A stretch of DNA of 64,000 bases, from the NCBI GenBank assembly GCA_031268095.1, contig JAIRXU010000008.1, positions 15,622 to 79,621 of the forward strand, read 5' to 3'. The notes beneath the pieces are model-generated. The model ran no database searches and was not told the DNA's origin. It saw only the letters and a program-made list of their open reading frames with translations. Origin of the DNA: Oscillospiraceae bacterium (GTDB taxonomy: Bacteria; Bacillota; Clostridia; Oscillospirales; Acutalibacteraceae). Made by a program: the position numbers and the translations under genes. Below are positions 8,972 to 17,494 of the stretch, one piece after another (positions within the stretch are counted from its first letter, which is position 1; every line of letters begins with the position of its first letter).

Positions 8972-10660
8972 TTACCACGATGAGTTCAGCGCTACAGTGC
9001 GGTTGAACACCGGCCGTTCCGGTGTGCTGTCCGGGTCCAGGCAGAAGTATCCCTGGCGCATGAACTGGGCGGCCTTGGGTGTTTGGGGGACGCTGTCCGA
9101 TTCCTCTGAGAGGTCCGCGCCGACGGTGAATTCGGCCAGGGCGGCCGCGTCAATCTTGCCGCTTTCTATCTTCACCAGGGAATTCGGATTAACCACCGCT
9201 TCGTAATTTTCCTCGGCGGAGGGATTCTCCACGGTGAACAGCCGGTCGTAGAGCCGGACTTCCGCTTCCGCGGCGCTGGCGGCGCTGACCCAATGGAGCG
9301 TTCCGCGGACCTTGCGCCCGTCGGGGGAATTCCCGCCGAAACTCTCGGGGTCGTAGGTGCAGCGCAGAAGCGTCACCTCGCCGGATTCATCCGTTTCATA
9401 TCCCACGCAGCGGACAAAGTACGCGCCCTTCAGCCGAACCTCATTGCCGGGAAACAGGCGGAAATATTTCTTCGGCGGATCGATTTGAAAATCATCCTGC
9501 TCTACGAAAATTTCCCGGGAGAAGGTCACGGCGGCGCTGCCCCATTCCGGATGATCCGGGTGGCGTTCCACCGTAATCTGCTCCGTTTTGCCCTCGGGGT
9601 AATTTTCGATGACCACCCGCAGAGGGCGGAGCACCGCCATGACCCGGGGAACACTTTGATTGAGGTTGTCGCGGACGCAGGCTTCCAGCAGGCCGTAATC
9701 CACAACGCTGAAAGCTTTCGCTACGCCAACGCGCTCCACGAAATCCAGGATGGCGGCCGGCGGGTAGCCCCGGCGGCGCATGCCGCAGATTGTCGGCATA
9801 CGGGGATCATCCCAGCCGGAGACGATGCCTCTCCGGATCATGGCCAGGCATTTACGCTTGCTGGTCAGGCAGTAATTGAGGTTCAGGCGGGCAAATTCAA
9901 TCTGGCGCGGCGGTTCGGCGAAGCCTATTTCCCGGATGAACCAGTCGTATAGAGGCCGGTGGTTCTCGAATTCCAGCGAACAGAGGGAGTAGGTCACGCG
10001 CTCAGCGGCGTCGCTCAGCGGATGCGCGAAATCGTACATCGGATAGACACACCATTTGTCACCGGTCTGATGATGGGGCACATGGGCAATGCGGTAAATC
10101 ACCGGGTCGCGCATGTTGAGGTTGGGCGACGCCATGTCAATTTTGGCCCGCAGCGTCCGCGTCCCGTCCGGAAATTCCCCGGCGGTCATGCGGCGGAACA
10201 GGTCCAGGTTTTCTTTCGCCGGGCGCTCCCGGTAGGGACTGTCTTTCCCCGGCTCGGTCAGCGTCCCCCGGTAATCCCGGACTTCCTCGGCGGTCAGGTC
10301 GCAGACGTAGGCCTTCCCTTTCTCGATCAGCCGAAAAGCGCACTCATGCAGGAAGTCGAAGTAGCTCGACGCGTAGAAACAGTCCTTCCACCGGAACCCC
10401 AGCCACAGCATATCCCGCTGGATGGCCTCGACGTACTCCTCGTCCTCCTTCATCGGGTTCGTGTCGTCAAAACGCAGGTTGAATTCCCCGCCATATTTGC
10501 GGGCCGCCTGGTAACTGATCGAGATGGCTTTTGCGTGCCCGATGTGCAGATAGCCGTTCGGCTCCGGGGGAAAGCGCGTCTGGACGCGGGTGTTGAGGCC
10601 ATTGGCGAGGTCTTCGTCAATGAAATCATGGATGAAGTTGGAGGAGGTGAGTTCGGACAT
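8972..10660 (-). CDS. glnS: glutamine--tRNA ligase
   Basis: Class I signature PEPNGYLHIGHAKA (HIGH) and LTSKRK (KMSKS-like). Full-length similarity pattern to GlnRS, including the C-terminal anticodon-binding beta-barrels. Confidence 0.95.
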   Translation of the reverse strand: MSELTSSNFIHDFIDEDLANGLNTRVQTRFPPEPNGYLHIGHAKAISISYQAARKYGGEFNLRFDDTNPMKEDEEYVEAIQRDMLWLGFRWKDCFYASSYFDFLHECAFRLIEKGKAYVCDLTAEEVRDYRGTLTEPGKDSPYRERPAKENLDLFRRMTAGEFPDGTRTLRAKIDMASPNLNMRDPVIYRIAHVPHHQTGDKWCVYPMYDFAHPLSDAAERVTYSLCSLEFENHRPLYDWFIREIGFAEPPRQIEFARLNLNYCLTSKRKCLAMIRRGIVSGWDDPRMPTICGMRRRGYPPAAILDFVERVGVAKAFSVVDYGLLEACVRDNLNQSVPRVMAVLRPLRVVIENYPEGKTEQITVERHPDHPEWGSAAVTFSREIFVEQDDFQIDPPKKYFRLFPGNEVRLKGAYFVRCVGYETDESGEVTLLRCTYDPESFGGNSPDGRKVRGTLHWVSAASAAEAEVRLYDRLFTVENPSAEENYEAVVNPNSLVKIESGKIDAAALAEFTVGADLSEESDSVPQTPKAAQFMRQGYFCLDPDSTPERPVFNRTVALNSSW

Positions 10661-10708
10661 GGGGAGGACTCCTTTCGTTATTTGGACTCCAAATCCGCAG
10701 GAACGTAC

Positions 10709-11816
10709 CTATCTTGGCGCATTCGGATTGGTGAACTGTTTTCCAGCCTGCAGTGGCGGCGTCTTGGGTCCGCCTCTCGTATCGGAAATTGGAGATCCTA
10801 TAGATTCTAGTATCTCCGAAACGGCGTTGCTTGCTGCTACACCTCTGAATAGCTTATTAAATTCCAGCGAAATAAAAATTCTCTCGGCTAACTCTGGCTG
10901 ATACGGCGCGCCGGCCGCCTCAAAAAAACGCTTTTTGCATTGCATCTCCAAATCCTCAAGACCATCTGTGACTAAGCGCCGCCGATAATATTGGACTGGG
11001 GTGAATTTTTCAATCTTGGCGCAGTAATCTGGTTAAAAATCGAAAATAAACAGACGAACCGAAGGATCGGTCAACCGCACAAGTATTGTACGCCAATATG
11101 TTTGATCTGTTTTGCCCAGGGAGCTTCCAAATATCACCATCAGCTGACAGTCCGTCATACGCAGCAAAACTTCTTTTCGGGCGGAACGGACGTCAGCGTC
11201 ACTGCATACGATATCCTTCGATATCAAATATTCGTTTTGGCTGGAGAAGCACTCCGCAGAATATTGCGTTGCATTGTCGCACCCAACGATGATAAAATTC
11301 GCCAAGGTTCCATGGAGCTGAAAAAAATTGGCTTCTACTACGGGGATGTTCCTGCCCGCTGCGCGAATGGAATTTCCAATTTTTGGAAAATCGCTTGCGT
11401 CTGTGTAATTGAATGTAGCAACATCGATGTGAATGCGAGAGGATTCGTTCAGGGAACCGCGCAGCCAAGCTTCGAAGTTTTCGCGGGAACCGCGGGACAA
11501 ATATTGGCCAAGCTCAAGAGGAAGCGAATATTTTATACTAGGCATTCTCCGGGACGCATATTTCAAATACTCCTGAAGATCTTCATAGGCATCACAGATT
11601 GCCCCGAAAAATTGTTCTCGCCGTTCTTTGGTTTTCGGCGCTTTGCTTAGATCGCCAAGCGCGTACTCAAAATCAGACCAAGTATTGTAATCCTTCTCGA
11701 TGGCCTGGTAAATCATATTGGTTTCCTTGTTTTCCCGCACATACTTCGACTGATAAAAATCCCGGTAGCTCGTCTTCAGGCCTTGCCGCATTGCCAAACA
11801 TCCACATGATATTCAT
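10709..11816 (-). pseudogene. AbiH-family abortive-infection protein homologue, disrupted by a 5' frameshift and an in-frame TAA
   Basis: GLKTSYRDFY.. and ..MVIFGSSLGKTDQTYWRTI resemble AbiH (PF14253) N- and C-terminal motifs. ATG 11814-11816 gives MNIMWMFGN (compare IIGNGFD) in another frame. TAA at 11033-11035 is followed in the same frame by the 80-aa ORF 10709-10951. The region is AT-richer than its flanks. Confidence 0.55.
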
Positions 11817-11849
11817 ATGTATTGCCCCCGTCGCTGATGTTGCGCGCCC

Positions 11850-12062
11850 TCAGCGGTAAACGCCGGGCTCGTCCCTGTCTATATTGACCGTCCCTCCGCA
11901 TTTGCGACAGCGGTAGACCTTGCGGATAACGCTGACCCAGTATTCTTCCGGCTCCATGCAGACCCACTGCTCGTAGGGACCGTCGAAGAATTGTGTCTCC
12001 TCGACGAATTCCAGGTCGTGGACGGCCTGGTCCGGATTCACTGCCCCGCACTTGACGCACAT
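11850..12062 (-). CDS. C-terminal continuation of the Cys-repeat protein (same frame as 12111-12542, downstream of the in-frame TGA)
   Basis: Contains the last repeat units (..FDGCMCVKCG.., ..YRCRKCGG..). It is in frame with the upstream ORF and has no convincing RBS of its own. Confidence 0.4.
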   Translation of the reverse strand: MCVKCGAVNPDQAVHDLEFVEETQFFDGPYEQWVCMEPEEYWVSVIRKVYRCRKCGGTVNIDRDEPGVYR

Positions 12063-12110
12063 ACAGCCGTCAAAGGCATGACCCTGGCCGCGGTGCTTGC
12101 CGCAGCGAAC

Positions 12111-12542
12111 TCAGGTACAGCCGTCAAAGGTATGCGCCGATTCGTCCGGGTTGATCTCCCCGCATGTTCCGCAGCGACAGCTGTCCCAGGTATGTTTTAC
12201 TTTCCCGCAGCGCTTGCAGGTGCAGCCGTCCCAGTCGTGGTTCTGATCGCGGTGCTTGCCGCAGCGTGTGCAGGTGCAGCCATCCCAGTCGTGATAGACA
12301 AATCCGCATTTGCGGCAACGGCAGTGGTCATCCAGATCATGCATCTCCCGTTTGTCATCAAGATAGTACGCCTTGGTCCCGCACTGCTTGCAAATGCAAC
12401 CGTCCCAGTCATGGTAGGAGAGGCTGCCGTAATAGTGGGAAGCTTTTGCCCCGCAGTCGCTGCTCTCGCAGCCATCCCAATGATGATCCCAAGGTTCCTC
12501 AGCGCTGTAGCATGGAGCGTCCGGGTTGTTTTCGTATTTCAT
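12111..12542 (-). CDS. Cys/His/Trp-rich repeat protein (H-D-W-D-G-C-x-C-x-x-C-G units), ending at TGA 12111-12113
   Basis: ATG 12540-12542 with GAGGAAGG 7 nt upstream. There are six to seven tandem zinc-ribbon-like units. No family recognised. Confidence 0.6.
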   Translation of the reverse strand: MKYENNPDAPCYSAEEPWDHHWDGCESSDCGAKASHYYGSLSYHDWDGCICKQCGTKAYYLDDKREMHDLDDHCRCRKCGFVYHDWDGCTCTRCGKHRDQNHDWDGCTCKRCGKVKHTWDSCRCGTCGEINPDESAHTFDGCT

Positions 12543-12626
12543 CGCGGCACCTTCCTCTGCTCGAATTCATAGCTTTCCCAAGATATCCACCGCCGAACCG
12601 GCGACAAATCCGGCTTTTTGCTGTTG

Positions 12627-12656
12627 TTATCCACATTTTCCACCGGGTTTTCCACC
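12627..12656 (+). promoter_or_regulatory. cluster of three DnaA-box-like 9-mers
   Basis: TTATCCACA (perfect, 12627-12635), TTTTCCACC (12636-12644) and TTTTCCACC (12648-12656), all in the same orientation. They lie about 90-115 nt upstream of the Cys-repeat gene start. Confidence 0.4.
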
Positions 12657-12725
12657 GAGCAAGGGCGAGTTTGACCAAAAACAGGGGAAAATCTTCGGCG
12701 AAACGACGAAAGCGGGCATGACCGT

Positions 12726-13787
12726 TTAGCGCTCATGCAGATTTCCCGTCAGGGTAATTCCCCCGTTCGGAGACAAGGTGGCGATCACGCCGTTCTCTTT
12801 GACAGTGGAAAAAACCGACGTATGAGACACCATCGTCAGATTCCACTTGACGTTGGGGTAGATCTGCCCCAGCCCGTTGGTGACGATCCCGACCTTGGGG
12901 CGCAGGGCGCGCAGGAGGCGCATGGAATTGCTCATCGCGTAGCCATGGTGGCAGAGCTTCAGCAGGTCCACCCGGCCGATTTCCGGCGCCAGGCGGGATT
13001 CCATGCCGTGCAGATTGGATGCGTCGGCGGCCAAGAGGGCTTTCGTCCCGCCGCAGGTTATCAGCGTCAGAACAGAATTATCGTTCTCGCCTTTGTACTT
13101 GGGATTTTCGTAGCTGTCCAGGTTCAGAAAGCGCAGCGTCATGTCTCCGAAGGCGAACGGCTCCGCCGGGGGATGTTCCTCAATGGGGAAACCCCGCTCT
13201 TCCGCGGCGGCCACCACCTCTCGGTGGATGCTGTCAATATCCCAGCTTTCGATTTCATACTCATGCTGGTTGGTGGTTTGCAGCGACCGGAGGTAGCATG
13301 TCTTCACCGTAATATCCGGATCCCGGAGAATCCCGGAGAAGCCTCCCGCATGGTCGTAGTGGTAATGTGTACACAAAATGAAGTCCAGCGTCACCTTGCC
13401 GTCCAGCCCGGCGGCGACCTTCTTGAGGTAGTCGATCACCCGCTGCTCATAGCCTTCCCGCCGGGCGGACTTGCGGGGGTTATTGCTCCCCCAGCCGCTG
13501 TCCACCATCGCGAACCGCCCGCCGCTCTCTAGTAGGATGCAGTCGGAGTTATCGGTATTCAGGAAGTGGATCTTATTGCCCTGCCCGGCGGCTTGTCCGT
13601 CCGATGCTTCTGCGGACCCGCGGTCCGCCCCCGCGGGGTAGCCCGCAAAGGTCTCTTGGGTCACCGGGTATCGCCGCTCGTATTGGTTGCAGAGCAAAAC
13701 GGTCATAATGTCCAGCGCAAAAACGCTGAACAGGATGGCCATCATGACAATGGTGATTATTTTTCCGGCGCGGTGTTTTGCGTTCAC
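12726..13787 (-). CDS. membrane-anchored MBL-fold metallo-hydrolase (ComEC/Rec2-related beta-lactamase domain)
   Basis: HYHYDHAGG (HxHxDH), LLKLCHHG, and an N-terminal TM helix. GTG at 13785-13787 is preceded by AAGGAAGG. An alternative GTG at 13841 abuts the upstream stop. Confidence 0.8.
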   Translation of the reverse strand: MNAKHRAGKIITIVMMAILFSVFALDIMTVLLCNQYERRYPVTQETFAGYPAGADRGSAEASDGQAAGQGNKIHFLNTDNSDCILLESGGRFAMVDSGWGSNNPRKSARREGYEQRVIDYLKKVAAGLDGKVTLDFILCTHYHYDHAGGFSGILRDPDITVKTCYLRSLQTTNQHEYEIESWDIDSIHREVVAAAEERGFPIEEHPPAEPFAFGDMTLRFLNLDSYENPKYKGENDNSVLTLITCGGTKALLAADASNLHGMESRLAPEIGRVDLLKLCHHGYAMSNSMRLLRALRPKVGIVTNGLGQIYPNVKWNLTMVSHTSVFSTVKENGVIATLSPNGGITLTGNLHER

Positions 13788-13841
13788 ATTTGACCTTCCT
13801 TCGCCTGGGGTTGAGGGAGCGCTGCGGACTGGGCGGGACAC

Positions 13842-14084
13842 TTAGTCAAACTCATCTTCCAGCTCCAGCTGGACAGACGCCAGCAGACTTTTGAGCTCCG
13901 CAGCCTCTTCCCGGCTGAGCGTGACGCCTTTGCCCATCTTCTCGTGCTCCGGGGCCCATTCCCGGATATCATACTTCGGTTCCCGCCCGTTCCAGCTGAT
14001 CAGGTTAAACTCCTTCGTCCAGCCCCGGGACGTCTCCGAAAGAACGCCCAATTCTTCCACGATCTCATACGTAAACTCTGCCAT
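13842..14084 (-). CDS. YdbC-like PC4-fold ssDNA-binding protein
   Basis: MAEFTYEIVEELGVLSETSRGWTKEFNLISWNGREPKYDIREWAPEHEKMGKGVTL matches the bacterial PC4/YdbC pattern. ATG 14082-14084 follows GAGGAGGA. Confidence 0.75.
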   Translation of the reverse strand: MAEFTYEIVEELGVLSETSRGWTKEFNLISWNGREPKYDIREWAPEHEKMGKGVTLSREEAAELKSLLASVQLELEDEFD

Positions 14085-14258
14085 CCTAGTTATCCTCCTC
14101 ATATCTGATGGGGTTTCCTACTGTATCGTATTCATCAACGCGAAAAAAGACACATGAAAATTACAACAGATACGGAAACCCGGGCGCAGGCAATTCCCTC
14201 CTGCACCCGTTTCCCCGCCATACGCCGCTCCAAGCGATTCGCGGTGCCCCGCATGCCG

Positions 14259-16322
14259 CTACTTGCTCCAGGTTGCCTGATAAACTGACAGGAAACCCAC
14301 ATGATCAAGGTCCCTGCCCTGGGGGTTGGCCTCCGCCAGGAAGCCCTGACGGGAGGGCGAACTCCCCGCGAGGGCGAAGGTCTTCCCGTCCTTGGCGGCA
14401 ACGGCGTTGACCCAGTCCTTCCCCTCGCCGGAGAGGTTCATCATCCGGATGGGCCGGCCGTCCTCTCCCAGGATATACAGGAACCCGTCCTGCTCCCCGC
14501 CCATATATTGGTGATCCAGCCAGTCGTACTTAAACTTCTGCTGCAATACCGGATCCGTACTGTAGCCCGCCAGGACGTATCCGCCGTCGATCACAGCGAT
14601 ACCGGTGGCATAATCATCTGTGACGTCGCCGTAACTGCGGATCCAGGCCACCGTCCCGTTGGCGCGGTACTTGAGGGCAACGGCGTCCCGCTGCCCCCGG
14701 GCGGCGAATGCCGAGCCGAGTTCGCCGGAGAAACTGCCGCTGCGGTAGGAGATCATACTGACCACCGCCGCCACGGCGACCCCGCCGTCCGGCGTCACCG
14801 CCAAATCCCGAATGGAATCCTCGCCGCGCCCGGCGAAAGGTTTGATCCACTCCGTTTCACCGTTTTTGTTCAGGCGCATCAGCAGCGCGTCCTGCTGCCC
14901 CGCCCCGGTGATGTTCTGGAAGTCATAGTCCGTCGCGCTCGTGTTGATTGCGACGTATACCGCGCCGCCTGCGATCTCCGCCGCTACGGCGGAAATCCGG
15001 CTGGCCCTGGTCCCGGTCAGCGCCCGCTTCCAGTACACCGTCCCGTTCGCGTCATATTTCAAAATCAGCGCCTTCTCGGCGGCAACGGTCCGCACCACGT
15101 CCCCGACCTGGGTAATGAAATCCGGCAGGCCCACAAAATCCTGGTCTGCGGAACTGGTGTATCCGCCAACCACAAATCCGCCGTCCGGTGTGGCATTCAC
15201 GGCGGTGAAGCCGTCTTCCCGGCTGCCGATCGCGGATTTCAGCCAGATCTGCTCGCCTGACGCGCTGAGTTTCGCCATGACAGCGTCGCTATTGAGACCG
15301 GGTGACGTAGGGACGGAGAGATTCTTTGAAAACGTCCAGCCAACGGCAACAATGCTGCCGTCCTTGAGCTGGGTCAGGTCCTCAAAGTCGAATTCCATGG
15401 ATCCGCCATAATAGCGCTTCCACTGCTCCGCGCCCGTGGCGCTGTACTTAATCACCGCGGAAGCGTAGTCCTTCAGGCCCGCAGGGATGCCAGGAGCCTG
15501 GCTGTCCACCAGCGCCAACGCCAGCCAGCCGCCGTCCGCCGCGGGGATCACCTTCGTGAACCGCTGGTGCCCTTTGCCGCCGAAGGTGGTCAGGTTCTGC
15601 CGCTGCGCGCCAGTGAGAGACGGCGCTGTGTCGTTTTTCTTGGTGGTGGGCGGATCCGTCACGACGTTGATATTCCCTTTCCCCGGCGGTTCGGCCACCG
15701 GCCCGCCGTTCGGGTTAGTGGGCGGCGGCTGTGTTGGGGCGGGAACACCGGGCTTCACCGTCGGCAGCGGCTGCAAATTAGCGTCCGTCGGGATTTGGAC
15801 TCCCGCCGCGTCGGTGGGAATGACGCGGTTTTTTTCGTCCCGGGGAGGCGGCAGCGCGGCCCCCCGGGCGGTGGACCGTTCTGTCATTTGATACTTCGGC
15901 CCGAAGGTGTCGATCACGACGTCATACCCTGTGGTATCCTTGATTTCCTTGACGACCAGGTCTTTCTGGGCTTGATCCAGCTTGGACCAGTCGCCGTCCC
16001 AAGTGATGGCGTCGATCTCCGCCCGCTGCGCGTCGGTCAATGTCCCGCCGCCGAACGAAGCTGCCTTCTGCCGCTTGAGGACTTGTTCCACGATGGTTTT
16101 CAGTTCGTTTTGGGTCAAGGGCGTCTGCACTTGCTCCGGTGAAGATACCAACGCGGACCAGCCCTGGCCTTCCCCGTCAGTGCCCTCAGCGGGCTTGGTG
16201 ATTTCCGGCGACTCGGTGGGCTTGTCCTTCCCGCCATGCTGGCAGGCTCCCAGCGCCCCCAGCATGGCAACGGTCAGGAACACCGCCACGAACGCGAGCA
16301 ACAGCCGTTTCGTCTGTTTCAT
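14259..16322 (-). CDS. secreted lipoprotein with beta-propeller-like 'DGG-aliphatic-x-G-Y/W-T/S' repeats
   Basis: Signal peptide plus lipobox (MLGALGA-C). Recurrent units include TPDGGFVVGGYTSS, TPDGGVAVAAVVS and VIDGGYVLAGYSTD. A Pro-rich linker follows the N-terminal domain. Confidence 0.7.
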   Translation of the reverse strand: MKQTKRLLLAFVAVFLTVAMLGALGACQHGGKDKPTESPEITKPAEGTDGEGQGWSALVSSPEQVQTPLTQNELKTIVEQVLKRQKAASFGGGTLTDAQRAEIDAITWDGDWSKLDQAQKDLVVKEIKDTTGYDVVIDTFGPKYQMTERSTARGAALPPPRDEKNRVIPTDAAGVQIPTDANLQPLPTVKPGVPAPTQPPPTNPNGGPVAEPPGKGNINVVTDPPTTKKNDTAPSLTGAQRQNLTTFGGKGHQRFTKVIPAADGGWLALALVDSQAPGIPAGLKDYASAVIKYSATGAEQWKRYYGGSMEFDFEDLTQLKDGSIVAVGWTFSKNLSVPTSPGLNSDAVMAKLSASGEQIWLKSAIGSREDGFTAVNATPDGGFVVGGYTSSADQDFVGLPDFITQVGDVVRTVAAEKALILKYDANGTVYWKRALTGTRASRISAVAAEIAGGAVYVAINTSATDYDFQNITGAGQQDALLMRLNKNGETEWIKPFAGRGEDSIRDLAVTPDGGVAVAAVVSMISYRSGSFSGELGSAFAARGQRDAVALKYRANGTVAWIRSYGDVTDDYATGIAVIDGGYVLAGYSTDPVLQQKFKYDWLDHQYMGGEQDGFLYILGEDGRPIRMMNLSGEGKDWVNAVAAKDGKTFALAGSSPSRQGFLAEANPQGRDLDHVGFLSVYQATWSK

Positions 16323-16459
16323 CTGCCAAACCTTCTTTCCCTATTATAAGGTGGATTTGATTTTACCACATTTTCGCCGCCTTTGCAAGCACTTCTAGCG
16401 GCACGACTATAATTTTGTCGGAAAAGAAGGCGAATTTCCTTCGGAGACTGCGGCAATTC

Positions 16460-16726
16460 CTACCGCAAGGCCAACAGCAGCACCGCGCAAATTCCCGCGC
16501 CCAGCGCCGCCGCGCAAAGCAGCGTCGCCACACTCAGCGCCCGGGAACGCCAAAGGCGAGTGGGCGGCGGGGCGCCGGCGGTGGAAGCGACAGCCTGGGC
16601 CCGGTCCCGCAGCGTCCCCTCGCTCAGTGCGGAAAATTCCGGTTTGACGAAAAAAATCACCCGCTCGAAAAATTCGCAGTCGCTTTCGAGCACCTCAATC
16701 ACCCGGTGGTTGACTCCTTTTATCAT
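16460..16726 (-). CDS. small protein with a C-terminal TM anchor, unknown function
   Basis: MIKGVNHRVIEVLESDCEFFERVIFFVKPEF.. followed by a hydrophobic C-terminus (ATLLCAAALGAGICAVLLLAL). Confidence 0.5.
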   Translation of the reverse strand: MIKGVNHRVIEVLESDCEFFERVIFFVKPEFSALSEGTLRDRAQAVASTAGAPPPTRLWRSRALSVATLLCAAALGAGICAVLLLALR

Positions 16727-16875
16727 ACACTATTCCATCCTTTCGCTTTGGCGGATCCCACGGTTCGGTTTTGTGGTTCCCGGTTATTTTGGACCGCCGC
16801 GCGGAGGAATATGCAGGCGGGAGGCCGGAAACCCTGCCTCCCGCGGAACCTATGAAATTGGGATCCCCGATCCCG

Positions 16876-17442
16876 TCAGGGGATTTGGAAGCTGTCGTCC
16901 TGCCGCGCGGCAGCGGCAGACTCCGCGGTCTTGGATTTCTCCGGTCCCGACCTTTCCCCAAAGTAGGGGACGCCCCGCCCCAAACAGCGCAAGACGCCGT
17001 TTGCCATCAGCGGAAGCGTTGCCGCCAGCAGCAGCCAAAACCCGACCCCCGCCGTCACGTTCACAATGTTGCCGCCCGGATACAGCGCCAACAACAACTC
17101 TCCCCGCAGCACTCTCTGCGCGACGAACAGCTGCCAGAAGAGAAACCCAACTTGCAGCGCGGAAATGGCCAGATAGACATACCGCGAGAGCAGCGCAAAA
17201 TCCTTGTTCCGCCAAGTCAGCAGCCAAATCACCGCCGCCAGAGCCGGATACAGGACTACTTGGACAATCACCGCCGCCGGGAGCGCGTAGACCGACCGGC
17301 TGAAAACCGTCATATGGCCGTTGTCTACGGCCTGCGCCCGGGCAAAGGGCAGGAAGGCCAGCAGCAGATAGAGCGCCGCAATCAGCAGAGGAAGATAGGC
17401 CAGGACCTTCCGGAGGCCTGGCGGGGCGGAAAACCGTTGCAA
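16876..17442 (-). CDS. hypothetical integral membrane protein
   Basis: About 5 hydrophobic helices. TTG start with AAAGGTGG 7 nt upstream. It lies 52 nt downstream of the SipW-like gene. Confidence 0.55.
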   Translation of the reverse strand: MQRFSAPPGLRKVLAYLPLLIAALYLLLAFLPFARAQAVDNGHMTVFSRSVYALPAAVIVQVVLYPALAAVIWLLTWRNKDFALLSRYVYLAISALQVGFLFWQLFVAQRVLRGELLLALYPGGNIVNVTAGVGFWLLLAATLPLMANGVLRCLGRGVPYFGERSGPEKSKTAESAAAARQDDSFQIP

Positions 17443-17494
17443 ATCAGTTCCACCTTTCCAAAGTTCCCGGCTCCGCCCGTCCGGCGAAGATCGG

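Noticed and set aside
10661-10960. Possible T-box leader upstream of glnS
   Set aside because: There is no T-box sequence (..GGGTGGTACCGCG..) and no specifier or terminator architecture. The stretch is instead an in-frame, protein-like continuation of the AbiH-like pseudogene, ending 48 nt before glnS.
12111-12113. Alternative genetic code (TGA read as sense genome-wide)
   Set aside because: Many well-conserved genes in the window (e.g. rpoC and the lectin-domain gene) terminate at TGA at the expected protein end. The standard code therefore applies, and only local Sec recoding or mutation remains possible.
12543-12725. Replication origin (oriC) suggested by DnaA boxes
   Set aside because: There are only three boxes, with no AT-rich unwinding element and no dnaA/dnaN/rpmH neighbours. 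The flanking genes are accessory. It is kept only as a possible DnaA-regulated site.
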